Shown in pieces: positions 1 through 7,554 of a stretch of 14,459 nt of DNA. The notes under the pieces are model-generated. The model saw nothing but the letters and a program-made list of their open reading frames with translations. It did not search any database and was not told the origin of the DNA. Both the position numbers and the translations under genes were made by a program. The stretch is from Nitrososphaeraceae archaeon. Lineage in GTDB: Archaea > Thermoproteota > Nitrososphaeria > Nitrososphaerales > Nitrososphaeraceae. Within the stretch, counting starts at the first letter, position 1, and every line of letters begins with the position of its first letter. The DNA is taken from the NCBI GenBank assembly GCA_051961195.1, contig JBQCDO010000032.1, positions 1-14,459 of the forward strand. Direction: 5' to 3'.

Positions 1-2
1 TT

Positions 3-119
3 GGAAGCGGCATGGCAATATTCAAAGATTTGAAAGAGGTCCAAAAATTCACCATGATAAAATCTACGCCATTTGACTCTGGAATAGTTGAGCTTCACTT
101 TGAGCCTAAAAGAAACTGA
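3..119 (+). CDS. 3' end of a CDS entering from the left edge (...GSGMAIFKDLKEVQKFTMIKSTPFDSGIVELHFEPKRN*), product unknown
   Basis: Frame 3 is open from the window edge for 38 codons and stops at TGA 117-119. The composition looks protein-like but I recognise no family. Confidence 0.3.
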   Translation, partial: GSGMAIFKDLKEVQKFTMIKSTPFDSGIVELHFEPKRN

Positions 120-304
120 AAGGTACACAAGCCTCAAGCCCTATCTATCTACCATCAGCTAGTTGTTAGTCTGCATTCTTGATTTTTTGGATATTTGTGT
201 TTCTGAATTTCACTTATGGAAATTTCACAAACAGGAACACATATATTATATTTATTATAATGAAATTAAGAAAATAGTGTATTGAATATAGGTGTATACG
301 CCAC

Positions 305-1219
305 ATGATAAAATTTCCTATACTTCATTTTATGAACATGAAATTAGCAATATATATAGCCGTGGCGCTATGCTTAGTCAATGTTGCCACAACAACTATA
401 ATGAATCCTATGATGCTAGGATTTGCACAAGGTAGACAGAATCAAACTCATAATCAAACTACGAACAATAACAATACTCCCCTCATATCACTATTGGCTA
501 ACAATTTAGCAAACCGACTCAACAAATCAGCTGCAATATTACAAATAACAAGCAACTTACCGGAAGTAAAAAATCATACATACGTGTCATTTCTTAATCA
601 GTCATTGCATGGAATACCTGCAAATGTAGATATTCAAAAAAGAAATGTTGCACGAGATATTCTGTCAGCAGACAAGGATTTCGGAGTCATCTTTTTTCTT
701 ATGCCTAATGGTTTGGTGTATATGGAAGAACCATATTCCCGTCAGCTCAATCTCACCACAAACAACCTTGGTTTTAGAGACTTTTATAAAGGAGCTGTTA
801 GCACACATATGCCAAATCTTGGCAACGTTGTTATTTCTGCTTCTTCACACCGTCCACAAACCAATATTGGAGTTCCGATCTACTCTACTGAAAATACTAG
901 TAGACCGTCCCTTCAGGGCATCTGGGCTGGCGGTTTAAACTTACCAGTCTTTAACAAATTGCTGCAATCATTTAAACTTGCCAATAACGAACATATTGTT
1001 TTAGTTGATCACCATGGTCAGAAGATAGCTGATTCAGATAAATACCAAGCATTAAATTCAAATCAATCTTTTGCTAGCCTTCAGAGTTTTAAAAACGCCA
1101 TAGCTGGAAAGGTTGGTTCTACCGTGGAAGTAATTAATGGCACTAAAGTGCTAGTATCGTATCATCCGGTCAATGCTATTCAGACAAAGTGGGCTATCCT
1201 TGATATACTACGTTTATGA
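305..1219 (+). CDS. Exported or membrane-anchored Cache/PDC-like ligand-binding domain protein with no output domain
   Basis: The ORF encodes 304 aa. It has an N-terminal hydrophobic anchor or signal (MKLAIYIAVALCLVNVA). Cache-like blocks follow: FFLMPNGLVYMEEPY, FRDFYKGA, VISASSHRPQTNIGVPIY, GIWAGGLNL, IVLVDHHGQKIADSD and KVLVSYHPV..KWAIL. The true start may be ATG 338 (MKLAIY...), which has a TATA-like ATAAAATT at 308-315. No second TM helix or kinase/MCP domain follows. Confidence 0.6.
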   Translation: MIKFPILHFMNMKLAIYIAVALCLVNVATTTIMNPMMLGFAQGRQNQTHNQTTNNNNTPLISLLANNLANRLNKSAAILQITSNLPEVKNHTYVSFLNQSLHGIPANVDIQKRNVARDILSADKDFGVIFFLMPNGLVYMEEPYSRQLNLTTNNLGFRDFYKGAVSTHMPNLGNVVISASSHRPQTNIGVPIYSTENTSRPSLQGIWAGGLNLPVFNKLLQSFKLANNEHIVLVDHHGQKIADSDKYQALNSNQSFASLQSFKNAIAGKVGSTVEVINGTKVLVSYHPVNAIQTKWAILDILRL

Positions 1220-1484
1220 AACCAATGCTTTGCTTCAAGTTGATGGGTGGATAATATGCAGATTGACCATTGCGTCTCGGAATAGTAGAATACTTAAAAA
1301 TAGGATCATATTTCATATTCTTCCATACAACCTTATAGAAGGTACTGAGAACTGTCAGTATCTATAATAAAATAGTGTCACAATACAAGGAAAAATATTT
1401 GCATTAATCAATCATACCTGTTGTTTAGCTCAAGATTATTATGTAGATTGCGAGAATCCTATTTTATCAGAACTATCAAAATGC

Positions 1485-1920
1485 CATGACAGTCAATACT
1501 GCAATAGGATGTCATAATTATTGGAGGAGCATCTGCTGGTTTATCTGCAGCTTTGTACTCTAGCCACAGAGTCTAAACACACTATTACTTACAAAAGACA
1601 TTGGAGGACAGGCATTTTTAACAAATGATATAGAAAACTACCCAGCGTTTGATCATATCGGCGATTATGAACTTATGACCAAATTTCAAGAACAAACTAG
1701 GGGTTTTGGGACAAAATTTACATATGAAGAGGTTATTACCATAATAGAAAAGGGACAAGAGGGATAAGAAGTTCTCGACCAGTTTACAATATCGAAATAT
1801 GAAGATTGCAGGGTCAATGCCTATCCTTCATTTACGAGGTACAAGGACATCAATAGAACTGCTCCCAGCTATCCCAGCTATTTGTCGGCAGACCTAGTAC
1901 AAATATTATGCTTAGTTTAA
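1485..1920 (+). pseudogene. trxB: Thioredoxin-disulfide reductase relic, N-terminal FAD-binding part, with frameshifts and an in-frame stop
   Basis: 1508-1573 reads DVIIIGGASAGLSAALYSSHRV*, the Rossmann GxGxxG motif. After a frame change, 1573-1767 reads LNTLLLTKDIGGQAFLTNDIENYPAFDHIGDYELMTKFQEQTRGFGTKFTYEEV..., matching the conserved TrxR segment GGQ..T..IENYPGF. ATG 1485 lies in yet another frame. TAA 1765-1767 is in frame, and weaker similarity follows it. Confidence 0.7.
1864..1881. repeat. Perfect 9-bp tandem duplication (cccagctat x2) inside the trxB relic
   Basis: Read directly: cccagctat at 1864-1872 and again at 1873-1881. Confidence 0.95.
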
Positions 1921-2335
1921 TTGCTCTTTATTGATGTCTCATGATTAGCCTGTATATCAACCCATTGGAGAGTTACAATGAGACGGTTAGGAAACTAGGA
2001 AGGAAAAGCAATTACATACTACTAATAGTGATACAAGTAATGAATCTATAGTTACTGACTGAGTGGCTAATTGAATACCAATCGAACTAACTAATTGCGC
2101 TTGTTTTGACTCCTGGTTACTAAATAAGTTAGTGTGATCCTCCATCATCGATATGGTTGTTGTCGGCGAACACTAAAATGCCACTTATTGCTGTACTGCT
2201 GGCACCAAAGATCATCTGAAGACAAAGTGTATGTCGCTAATTCCGTTGATAATACTATCTCCGTAATTGATGAAGCAACGAATAGCAACGACAAACCCGC
2301 ATGCAGATCATGTGTGTTGTTGTTAGCTACGGGAT

Positions 2336-2797
2336 TTACTTATTAATTCCACCGGAAGTGCTGTTCAGCCTTATTAAATTCGCGAAAGTATTCCCACCGT
2401 CACTACTTGTCCTCATTACGGGATTAAGTGCTCCTGTTGCGTTTGTCCACCACGTCACGACTACGTTACTACCTGACGCGCTTATACTTACGTTCCCATA
2501 TACAACATCTATCTTTGGATTTGTGTTAGGAGGGCTGAGAACCATTGTCTTTGAAAACGTTTTTCCACCATCATTACTCTTTGTGAAGAATATGGCAACG
2601 CCATGGAGAGCAGCACTAGCATTATTCCATGCTGCATAGATATTATTACCAGATACTGCTACTGGCACTAACAGCGATCGGCTTAATATCTCTTGAAAGT
2701 ACTTCTGGGGTAAAGCTGAAGCCACAGAAACCGAAATCATCATTGCAGCAATTACCGCAACTGCGCTAATCGTTATTGCGAATTGGTGATTTGTCAT
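2336..2797 (-). CDS. BNR/Asp-box repeat (sialidase-like beta-propeller) protein, signal-anchored, probably truncated
   Basis: The ORF encodes 153 aa with an N-terminal TM helix (FAITISAVAVIAAMMISVSVASA). Two Asp-box motifs are present, SNDGGKTF and SSDGGNTF, each preceded by a V/I-rich strand (NNIYAAW, NVVVTWW). With only two blades it is far too short for a complete propeller. Similar-looking fragments continue downstream in other frames to about 1990. Confidence 0.7.
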   Translation of the reverse strand: MTNHQFAITISAVAVIAAMMISVSVASALPQKYFQEILSRSLLVPVAVSGNNIYAAWNNASAALHGVAIFFTKSNDGGKTFSKTMVLSPPNTNPKIDVVYGNVSISASGSNVVVTWWTNATGALNPVMRTSSDGGNTFANLIRLNSTSGGINK

Positions 2798-2821
2798 TGC
2801 TAATCAATACTAAAGTACGTG

Positions 2822-2829
2822 TATATATG
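2822..2829 (-). promoter_or_regulatory. TATA-like box for the BNR gene (leaderless-type spacing)
   Basis: The minus strand reads CATATATA, centred about 29 nt upstream of ATG 2797. Confidence 0.35.
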
Positions 2830-2923
2830 CATAATTCTTCCGGTCTAAACCGGTAGAAATAACCCTTTTTCGGCTTCATCCAATCGTCAACTTTGTTCTC
2901 TTGCCTAGCCTTTGCGATAGGGG

Positions 2924-3163
2924 ATGGAGAAGGCTCTAGAGGTGTCTCCGTTCTCTACAAGTGTCGCAAGTGTCGCAAGTGTCGCAAGTGTCGCAGATAA
3001 GCATAATGAGAATAGCGAGGTCCAACAAACTACAAAACCGATTCAAGATAAGAAGAACAAAACTGAGGCAGTGAGGCGGCCCGTGCTACCTTGTGTCTGG
3101 TGTGAGTACAAAGACCATATAGAATTCGATCTCGGTAATCATCTTCTCGCAAATCATAAATAG
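2924..3163 (+). CDS. Small protein with a C-terminal classical C2H2 zinc finger
   Basis: The ORF encodes 79 aa. The segment PCVWCEYKDHIEFDLGNHLLANH fits C-x2-C-x12-H-x4-H. The N-terminal part contains an SVA x3 repeat encoded by a 9-bp tandem repeat. The segment is locally richer in GC than its flanks. Confidence 0.55.
   Translation: MEKALEVSPFSTSVASVASVASVADKHNENSEVQQTTKPIQDKKNKTEAVRRPVLPCVWCEYKDHIEFDLGNHLLANHK
2959..2994. repeat. Perfect 9-bp tandem repeat, 4 copies (aagtgtcgc)
   Basis: Read directly. It lies in frame within the 2924-3163 ORF and encodes the (S)VASVASVASVA run. Confidence 0.95.
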
Positions 3164-3313
3164 GAGTTATTGAAGTTGCCTATCGACAAAGCTTCTATGG
3201 AGACGAGAATAGATCATTCTATTCAGTGGGCAAAAAGAAAGATGAGGCTGGAATATGCTGATGACGATGATAGATGCGAAATTAAATAATGCAAGCTAGA
3301 AATAATGAAGGCA

Positions 3314-3985
3314 TCATGATATTCTATTTCTTGTAACATTAAATGAACTTAGCATTATTTCCATTGGTGATAAATACTTTTTAAAAGCCTCATCATATGT
3401 ACTAAATGAAAGCTTATAAACATGATCATTTTTAATTGTCCACACATGAATAACATGATATGATTTTCCGGAGTAGCTTAACATGAATGTTGCCTGATGA
3501 GCAGGCATTCCTGATAACGTTGTATTAGCAAATATTAGATTATGAATAGTTGGATCATTACTATACATATTATATTGTTTGTCATAAGCATTAATAGACA
3601 TGTTTGAACTCGGTAAAGGATATACTGTGACAAAAAGTTGAGCATCTTTTTGTGGAGAGAAAAATTGAACTAAATTAGGATCACCTGAAGGCACTATATT
3701 GTCATCTTTATGATTACCGATCCATTGTTGTGGTATTAGTATTTCTATTCCTAGTACCGTATTGTTATAATAGACAAAAGACCCAGTACTGATGACAGTC
3801 TGCGCAAATATACTATGATCGTAATTTTGATAAATCCAAGAAATATTGAAATAATCATCGGTTTTCTGAAGAATCGATGCCAGAATACTTGCCATGCAAA
3901 ATACAATAATAATAATAATTATTGTGCATTTCCTAGAAAAAGAGTTGACTAGACCTCGCAATTTATAAACTGTAAAGTGTACCAT
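3314..3985 (-). CDS. Membrane-anchored or exported hypothetical protein
   Basis: The ORF encodes 223 aa. An N-terminal hydrophobic anchor (IIIIIIVFCMASILASIL) is followed by a beta-rich domain (NTVLGIEILIPQQW ... YHVIHVWTIKNDHVYKLSFSTYDEAF). A TATA-like box sits at the expected distance. I cannot assign a family; any resemblance to PsbP/DcrB-type domains is a guess. Confidence 0.65.
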   Translation of the reverse strand: MVHFTVYKLRGLVNSFSRKCTIIIIIIVFCMASILASILQKTDDYFNISWIYQNYDHSIFAQTVISTGSFVYYNNTVLGIEILIPQQWIGNHKDDNIVPSGDPNLVQFFSPQKDAQLFVTVYPLPSSNMSINAYDKQYNMYSNDPTIHNLIFANTTLSGMPAHQATFMLSYSGKSYHVIHVWTIKNDHVYKLSFSTYDEAFKKYLSPMEIMLSSFNVTRNRIS

Positions 3986-4011
3986 GTACTTTTATCTATC
4001 TTTAGTCTTTC

Positions 4012-4018
4012 TATTATA
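4012..4018 (-). promoter_or_regulatory. TATA-like box for the 3314-3985 gene
   Basis: The minus strand reads TATAATA, 27-33 nt upstream of ATG 3985. Confidence 0.35.
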
Positions 4019-5127
4019 GTTCGATTCAAACTCCTAATATTCATCAACTTCGATCTGAATCTACATATAGTCCTATAGAAAATTACTAAATCTTTATGTG
4101 CATATTGTCACTTACTAGAGTTGACTTTAGATTTTGCTCACAGTCATATTATAGGACTAATAGTTAAATTTAATGAGCTTTTGTTTAAAATAACTGTTTT
4201 TTGTCTCCAGCCATTTGGATCGGTATATATTATATTTCAGAGTACCTCCACCAAATGATGCTTTTTCAGTACTCTTAATCCCATTACTAAATGAAAATTA
4301 GTATCATTATGTGGATGTCAGAACTTTTACGATATTGTTTAAGATGCTGAGTACGCTGATAAATATAAAAAAACTATTACAACCATATATCAATATGAAT
4401 GGTAGCAAACTAAGTATTATTGAATTAATATCATCATAATATGTCTCATTTTTTCATACAATTCTTAAAAGCTTTATAACTTTAATTAGTAGGATCTTTA
4501 ATGCTAATTGGCCTAATCTAAATTGGTTTTCTGTGTAGAAACATAAGACTTTTCCTTGTCAGTCGGTTCTTGAATCATCATTATAGTGATAGATGATATT
4601 AATTTACAGTATAGATAATTATTCATTGTACATTCGTTTAATATTCTAAAATATTTAAATCAAGACTTGCAAATTACCTGACAAATTAAATTTAATAAAA
4701 ATATGTTGTTGTATATTTCCGGATGTACTGCTGCAACTTTAATTGTATCGTCTATAAATGCGTAATCCATGTCGGCACATCAGAGAACTTTTCACAATAA
4801 TGGGAAAACGCTTCCTAGTGTAGTGGGTTCACAGGCTACTAACGATTAAACAAATTATTACTACACAGAGGCAGATAACATTTGAATAGTTTGTATAGAC
4901 TATGCTAGTTTTCCTAATTGATTGAAGGTTTATTTGATCAAAGAAAATTATTTGATAAGCTAGGTCTGCTTTATATAGATGCTGTGCTTTAGAAAATAAG
5001 TCATTTATCTATCCACCACACCCATTTATTTCTTATTTTTCCAAAAGATATTTGCCCAGAGATGTAAATAAAGAAAAATGGTTGTATATTGTACGAGTTT
5101 ATAAATTATTAATGAACAATTGTGTGT

Positions 5128-5487
5128 TTACTTCTTAGCATATGTTCCCATACCTGTAAAATCTATCGCAACGCACGGCTCATCTCCGACTACCCATGCA
5201 TTATGGCCAGAAGGAACGTAGCCAACGTCGCCAGGACCGTATTCCTCCTCGCTTCCGTCATCCATCTTGACTCTCATTCTGCCTGATATTATATATTGCG
5301 TATGAGGAGCTTGACAGCTTTCAGTTTGAGCAATTGGTTTTACACATTTTTCCCAGCTCCAACCGGGCTCAAAAGATGCCTTACCAACTGCAGTGTTGCC
5401 AATATTTACAATTTCAACTTTTCCCTTATCAAAAGATCTTGTCTCGTCTGCAGAAGCCATACTCTTTTTTTGTATTTTCTCTACCAT
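5128..5487 (-). CDS. Cupin domain protein (small single-domain cupin)
   Basis: The ORF encodes 119 aa. The blocks FEPGWSWEKCVKP, ESCQAPHTQYIISGRMRVKMDDGSE, GPGDVGYVPSGHNAWVVGDEPCVAIDF match the two-motif cupin beta-barrel pattern found in a widespread small-cupin family. It ends at TAA. Confidence 0.85.
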   Translation of the reverse strand: MVEKIQKKSMASADETRSFDKGKVEIVNIGNTAVGKASFEPGWSWEKCVKPIAQTESCQAPHTQYIISGRMRVKMDDGSEEEYGPGDVGYVPSGHNAWVVGDEPCVAIDFTGMGTYAKK

Positions 5488-5513
5488 TAGTAGAGTATAA
5501 TGCTACTACCTAG

Positions 5514-5522
5514 TATTTTTAT
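5514..5522 (-). promoter_or_regulatory. TATA-like box for the cupin gene
   Basis: The minus strand reads ATAAAAATA, 27-35 nt upstream of ATG 5487. Confidence 0.4.
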
Positions 5523-5679
5523 CGGTCTGGTTTAATAATCTTATTCCGATCTGGAATTTTTTGCTGATGAGTTCTAATGTGAACCTGTATCAGTGACACA
5601 TTGTATGGGATTATCTCAGACCATGTAAATTCATTGGAGAATCATAGTATCTAATAATTTAACAATCATGCTACTATTA

Positions 5680-5838
5680 ATGGACGATGATACTTTTTCC
5701 CATCCAGGGTATTAGAAAATTGATCTATGCGATCTCTCTCCATCTGGTGGTTTTATTTGTCTCACATATTCCGTATAACTACAAAAGCGTTAAACAGATA
5801 GTAAATAGGTTGTTAATTTTGATGAACTCAAGTTGAAT
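5680..5838 (+). repeat. Arm X of a diverged inverted repeat (partner 7555-7725)
   Basis: By-eye alignment to the reverse complement of 7555-7725 shares these blocks: gatgat, atattcc, caaaagcgtt(t)aaaca, atagt-aataggttg, tttga-gaa and gttgaat. Arm X carries an intact 49-codon ORF at 5687-5836 (MILFPIQGIRKL...KSVKQIVNRLLILMNSS). Confidence 0.55.
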
Positions 5839-5948
5839 ATAGCTAATTTATTTCAGTGAATTAATTTAAGCAGTATTTTCTATAGTTACAATTAAATGTA
5901 TTTAGACACAAAGTGTTCTTGACAATAGAACAGATAAGACATTAACAA

Positions 5949-6386
5949 TTAGACTTGTTCCTGGAACTGTTCTAATGCAGTTTTTGCTTGGTTTGAAACA
6001 ACCATCGTAGTACTAGTACTAGTACTTTCCGGCATTATTTTGTTCCTTTGTATATGGTCTGAAAGCTGGTCTAAAGGTACTTTTTCTGTTGGGTCTATTA
6101 ATTCTTTAATGTGCAGTGCAATTTTGTCAGGCAATAAACCAATATTTTTGCATATCTTACATACGTCATGTGCAAACATTTCTATATTATCTCCAGAAAA
6201 TCCTAGATTCTGTAAAATGTTTAGTATTCGAGAACCTTGTCTACATTGCAAAGGACTAATACCAACATTTTGTAAAATAACTGCAGATTCTCTTAACTGA
6301 TCTGCTGATAAACTTCCTATTTCTTCTTTCCAGTCCTTTACTATATTACTAACCGCTCCCGTACTTAGACCGTTCTTACGAGCCAT
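5949..6386 (-). CDS. Helix-turn-helix DNA-binding protein; the N-terminus probably extends to ATG 6513 if a 1-nt frameshift is corrected
   Basis: The ORF encodes 145 aa. The 41 codons upstream (6387-6509) are open in the same frame and complete an HTH motif: SLKEGIIKEWLRGKNRDG-MARKNGLSTGAVSNIVKDW. ATG 6511-6513 is one nucleotide out of frame across an A4 run at 6499-6502. The C-terminal part has further helical repeats and an STSTST tract. Confidence 0.7.
   Translation of the reverse strand: MARKNGLSTGAVSNIVKDWKEEIGSLSADQLRESAVILQNVGISPLQCRQGSRILNILQNLGFSGDNIEMFAHDVCKICKNIGLLPDKIALHIKELIDPTEKVPLDQLSDHIQRNKIMPESTSTSTTMVVSNQAKTALEQFQEQV
6008..6025. repeat. 6-bp tandem repeat x3 (tagtac), self-complementary
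   Basis: Read directly. It encodes the STSTST tract of the HTH protein. Confidence 0.9.
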
Positions 6387-6739
6387 ACCGTCGCGATTTT
6401 TGCCCCTTAGCCATTCCTTTATGATGCCTTCTTTTAGAGATCTTGTAAAGCTTGCTGCCGTTACTATGTTCTTTAATGGGGTAACGCAGTATTTATCCTT
6501 TTCCTTTAGTCATATAGGTTATGTATTGCGTCAAAATTCTGGTCATCTGCGTCATGAATGTGATAGTTACATTATATTAGCAATAGTTGGACATTACTTA
6601 TAACGGTGACTGACAAGTACATACCACTAAAATAAAAGTAATAAACATGATATTGCCCAGAAATATTCACTTATAATGATAAGTCACTAATGATTTGTGT
6701 AGAATACAAAGAAACATTTGTACTATTAGATCGCTTTTA

Positions 6740-7364
6740 TTATTTGCAAGATTTCACTTGTCTTGTTCCTTTTCTTCTAATCCAATCTTCTTCATATCTT
6801 CTTGGAGGCGATGCGTTATGAACGCCATCAAAGAAAATAGTAGGATCAGGCTGCCACATGCAGGCGATTTCTACTCCTTTCCTATAAATAGGGTCCTTAG
6901 ATGCAAGAATATCTATCCTCTCAGTAAATACTATCCTCTCAGTAAATACTGAACTTCTTATTTTTCGTGTTTGGTCCAGATTGAGTCTTTAATGATAGCT
7001 TCTTTGCAGCATCCAAACAACCAGCCCAAAGTCTAAGGGACGGGTTTAGCTTATATTTTTTATCAATTTCGATTTGTAGACATCGTTTGAAACACTCTAG
7101 CAATACTTGTTTTCTAAGAGGATCATATTCCCTGATCAGTGGATGAATGTCTGATCTTTCTTCAGCTGTAGGATCACACCCTTTCATAACCCTAAATGCA
7201 TGTTCATCTTTTACAAATTCTTTGCTAATGCACGAATTAACCATATCTGCTGTCTCAATTAATTTGTCTCTATCCATTTCCAGACTTGATGATATAGATT
7301 CAGGTTTAGGATAATCAAGAGCTCAACTGTAGAGAGTATCCATGTTTGGATCCCACATAGGCAT
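6740..7364 (-). pseudogene. Decayed gene of unknown function (the 112-aa ORF 6939-7277 is its largest intact piece)
   Basis: The frame of ORF 6939-7277 continues upstream to ATG 7362-7364 (MPMWDPNMDTLYS) through a single in-frame TGA at 7323-7325. Downstream, a frame offset by one nucleotide is open for 82 codons (6988-6743) and looks protein-like: ...DILASKDPIYRKGVEIACMWQPDPTIFFDGVHNASPPRRYEEDWIRRK... . The two frames overlap around a T5/A5 run at 6961-6965. Confidence 0.5.
6913..6948. repeat. Perfect 18-bp tandem duplication (ctatcctctcagtaaata x2)
   Basis: Read directly, at 6913-6930 and 6931-6948. It duplicates the stop codon region of ORF 6939-7277, giving ...SIY*EDSIY*. Confidence 0.95.
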
Positions 7365-7554
7365 TAATCATATTCATCTGGCTAAAATACTTAAATGTAA
7401 GTTAAAAATTGGTAGCTGATAGAGATTCAGTCCCATGATACAGGGTGGATTGTGGACTGAATCCATTTACACAGCATCGCCAGCGACAACACGAATAGGA
7501 CTCGTTAATAATACATTATCTTTTCTTATACGTTTTTCAGCTCTTATTGGTGGA

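Noticed and set aside
2301-2639. The 112-aa plus-strand ORF
   Set aside because: It is antisense to the BNR gene, whose Asp-box motifs identify the minus strand as coding. It is a typical shadow ORF. The same reasoning applies to 645-938 and 1173-1367, which overlap or trail the Cache gene.
2959-2994. A CRISPR-like array
   Set aside because: These are four contiguous 9-bp units with no spacers, lying in frame inside an ORF. This is a coding microsatellite, not CRISPR.
4820-4839. A tRNA T-arm-like GGTTCA motif (gtagtgggttcacaggctac)
   Set aside because: The stem is only 4-5 bp with a 10-nt loop. No acceptor, D or anticodon arms can be built around it.
5296-5490. The 64-aa plus-strand ORF
   Set aside because: It is entirely antisense to the confidently identified cupin gene.
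6040-6603. Plus-strand ORFs 6040-6300 and 6400-6603
   Set aside because: They are antisense to the HTH gene and to its in-frame N-terminal extension. Their sequence is low-complexity and Cys/Phe-rich, and not protein-like.
6695-6952. The 85-aa plus-strand ORF ending in YPLSKYYPLSKY
   Set aside because: It is antisense to the more protein-like 82-codon minus-strand frame (DILASKDPIYRKGVEIACMWQPDPT...). Its repeat tail is simply the 18-bp duplication.
7323-7325. Selenocysteine at the in-frame TGA of the decayed gene
   Set aside because: No SECIS-like structure is evident. Three further TGAs and a TAA interrupt the same frame within 250 nt, and the degraded paralogue is frameshifted at the equivalent site.
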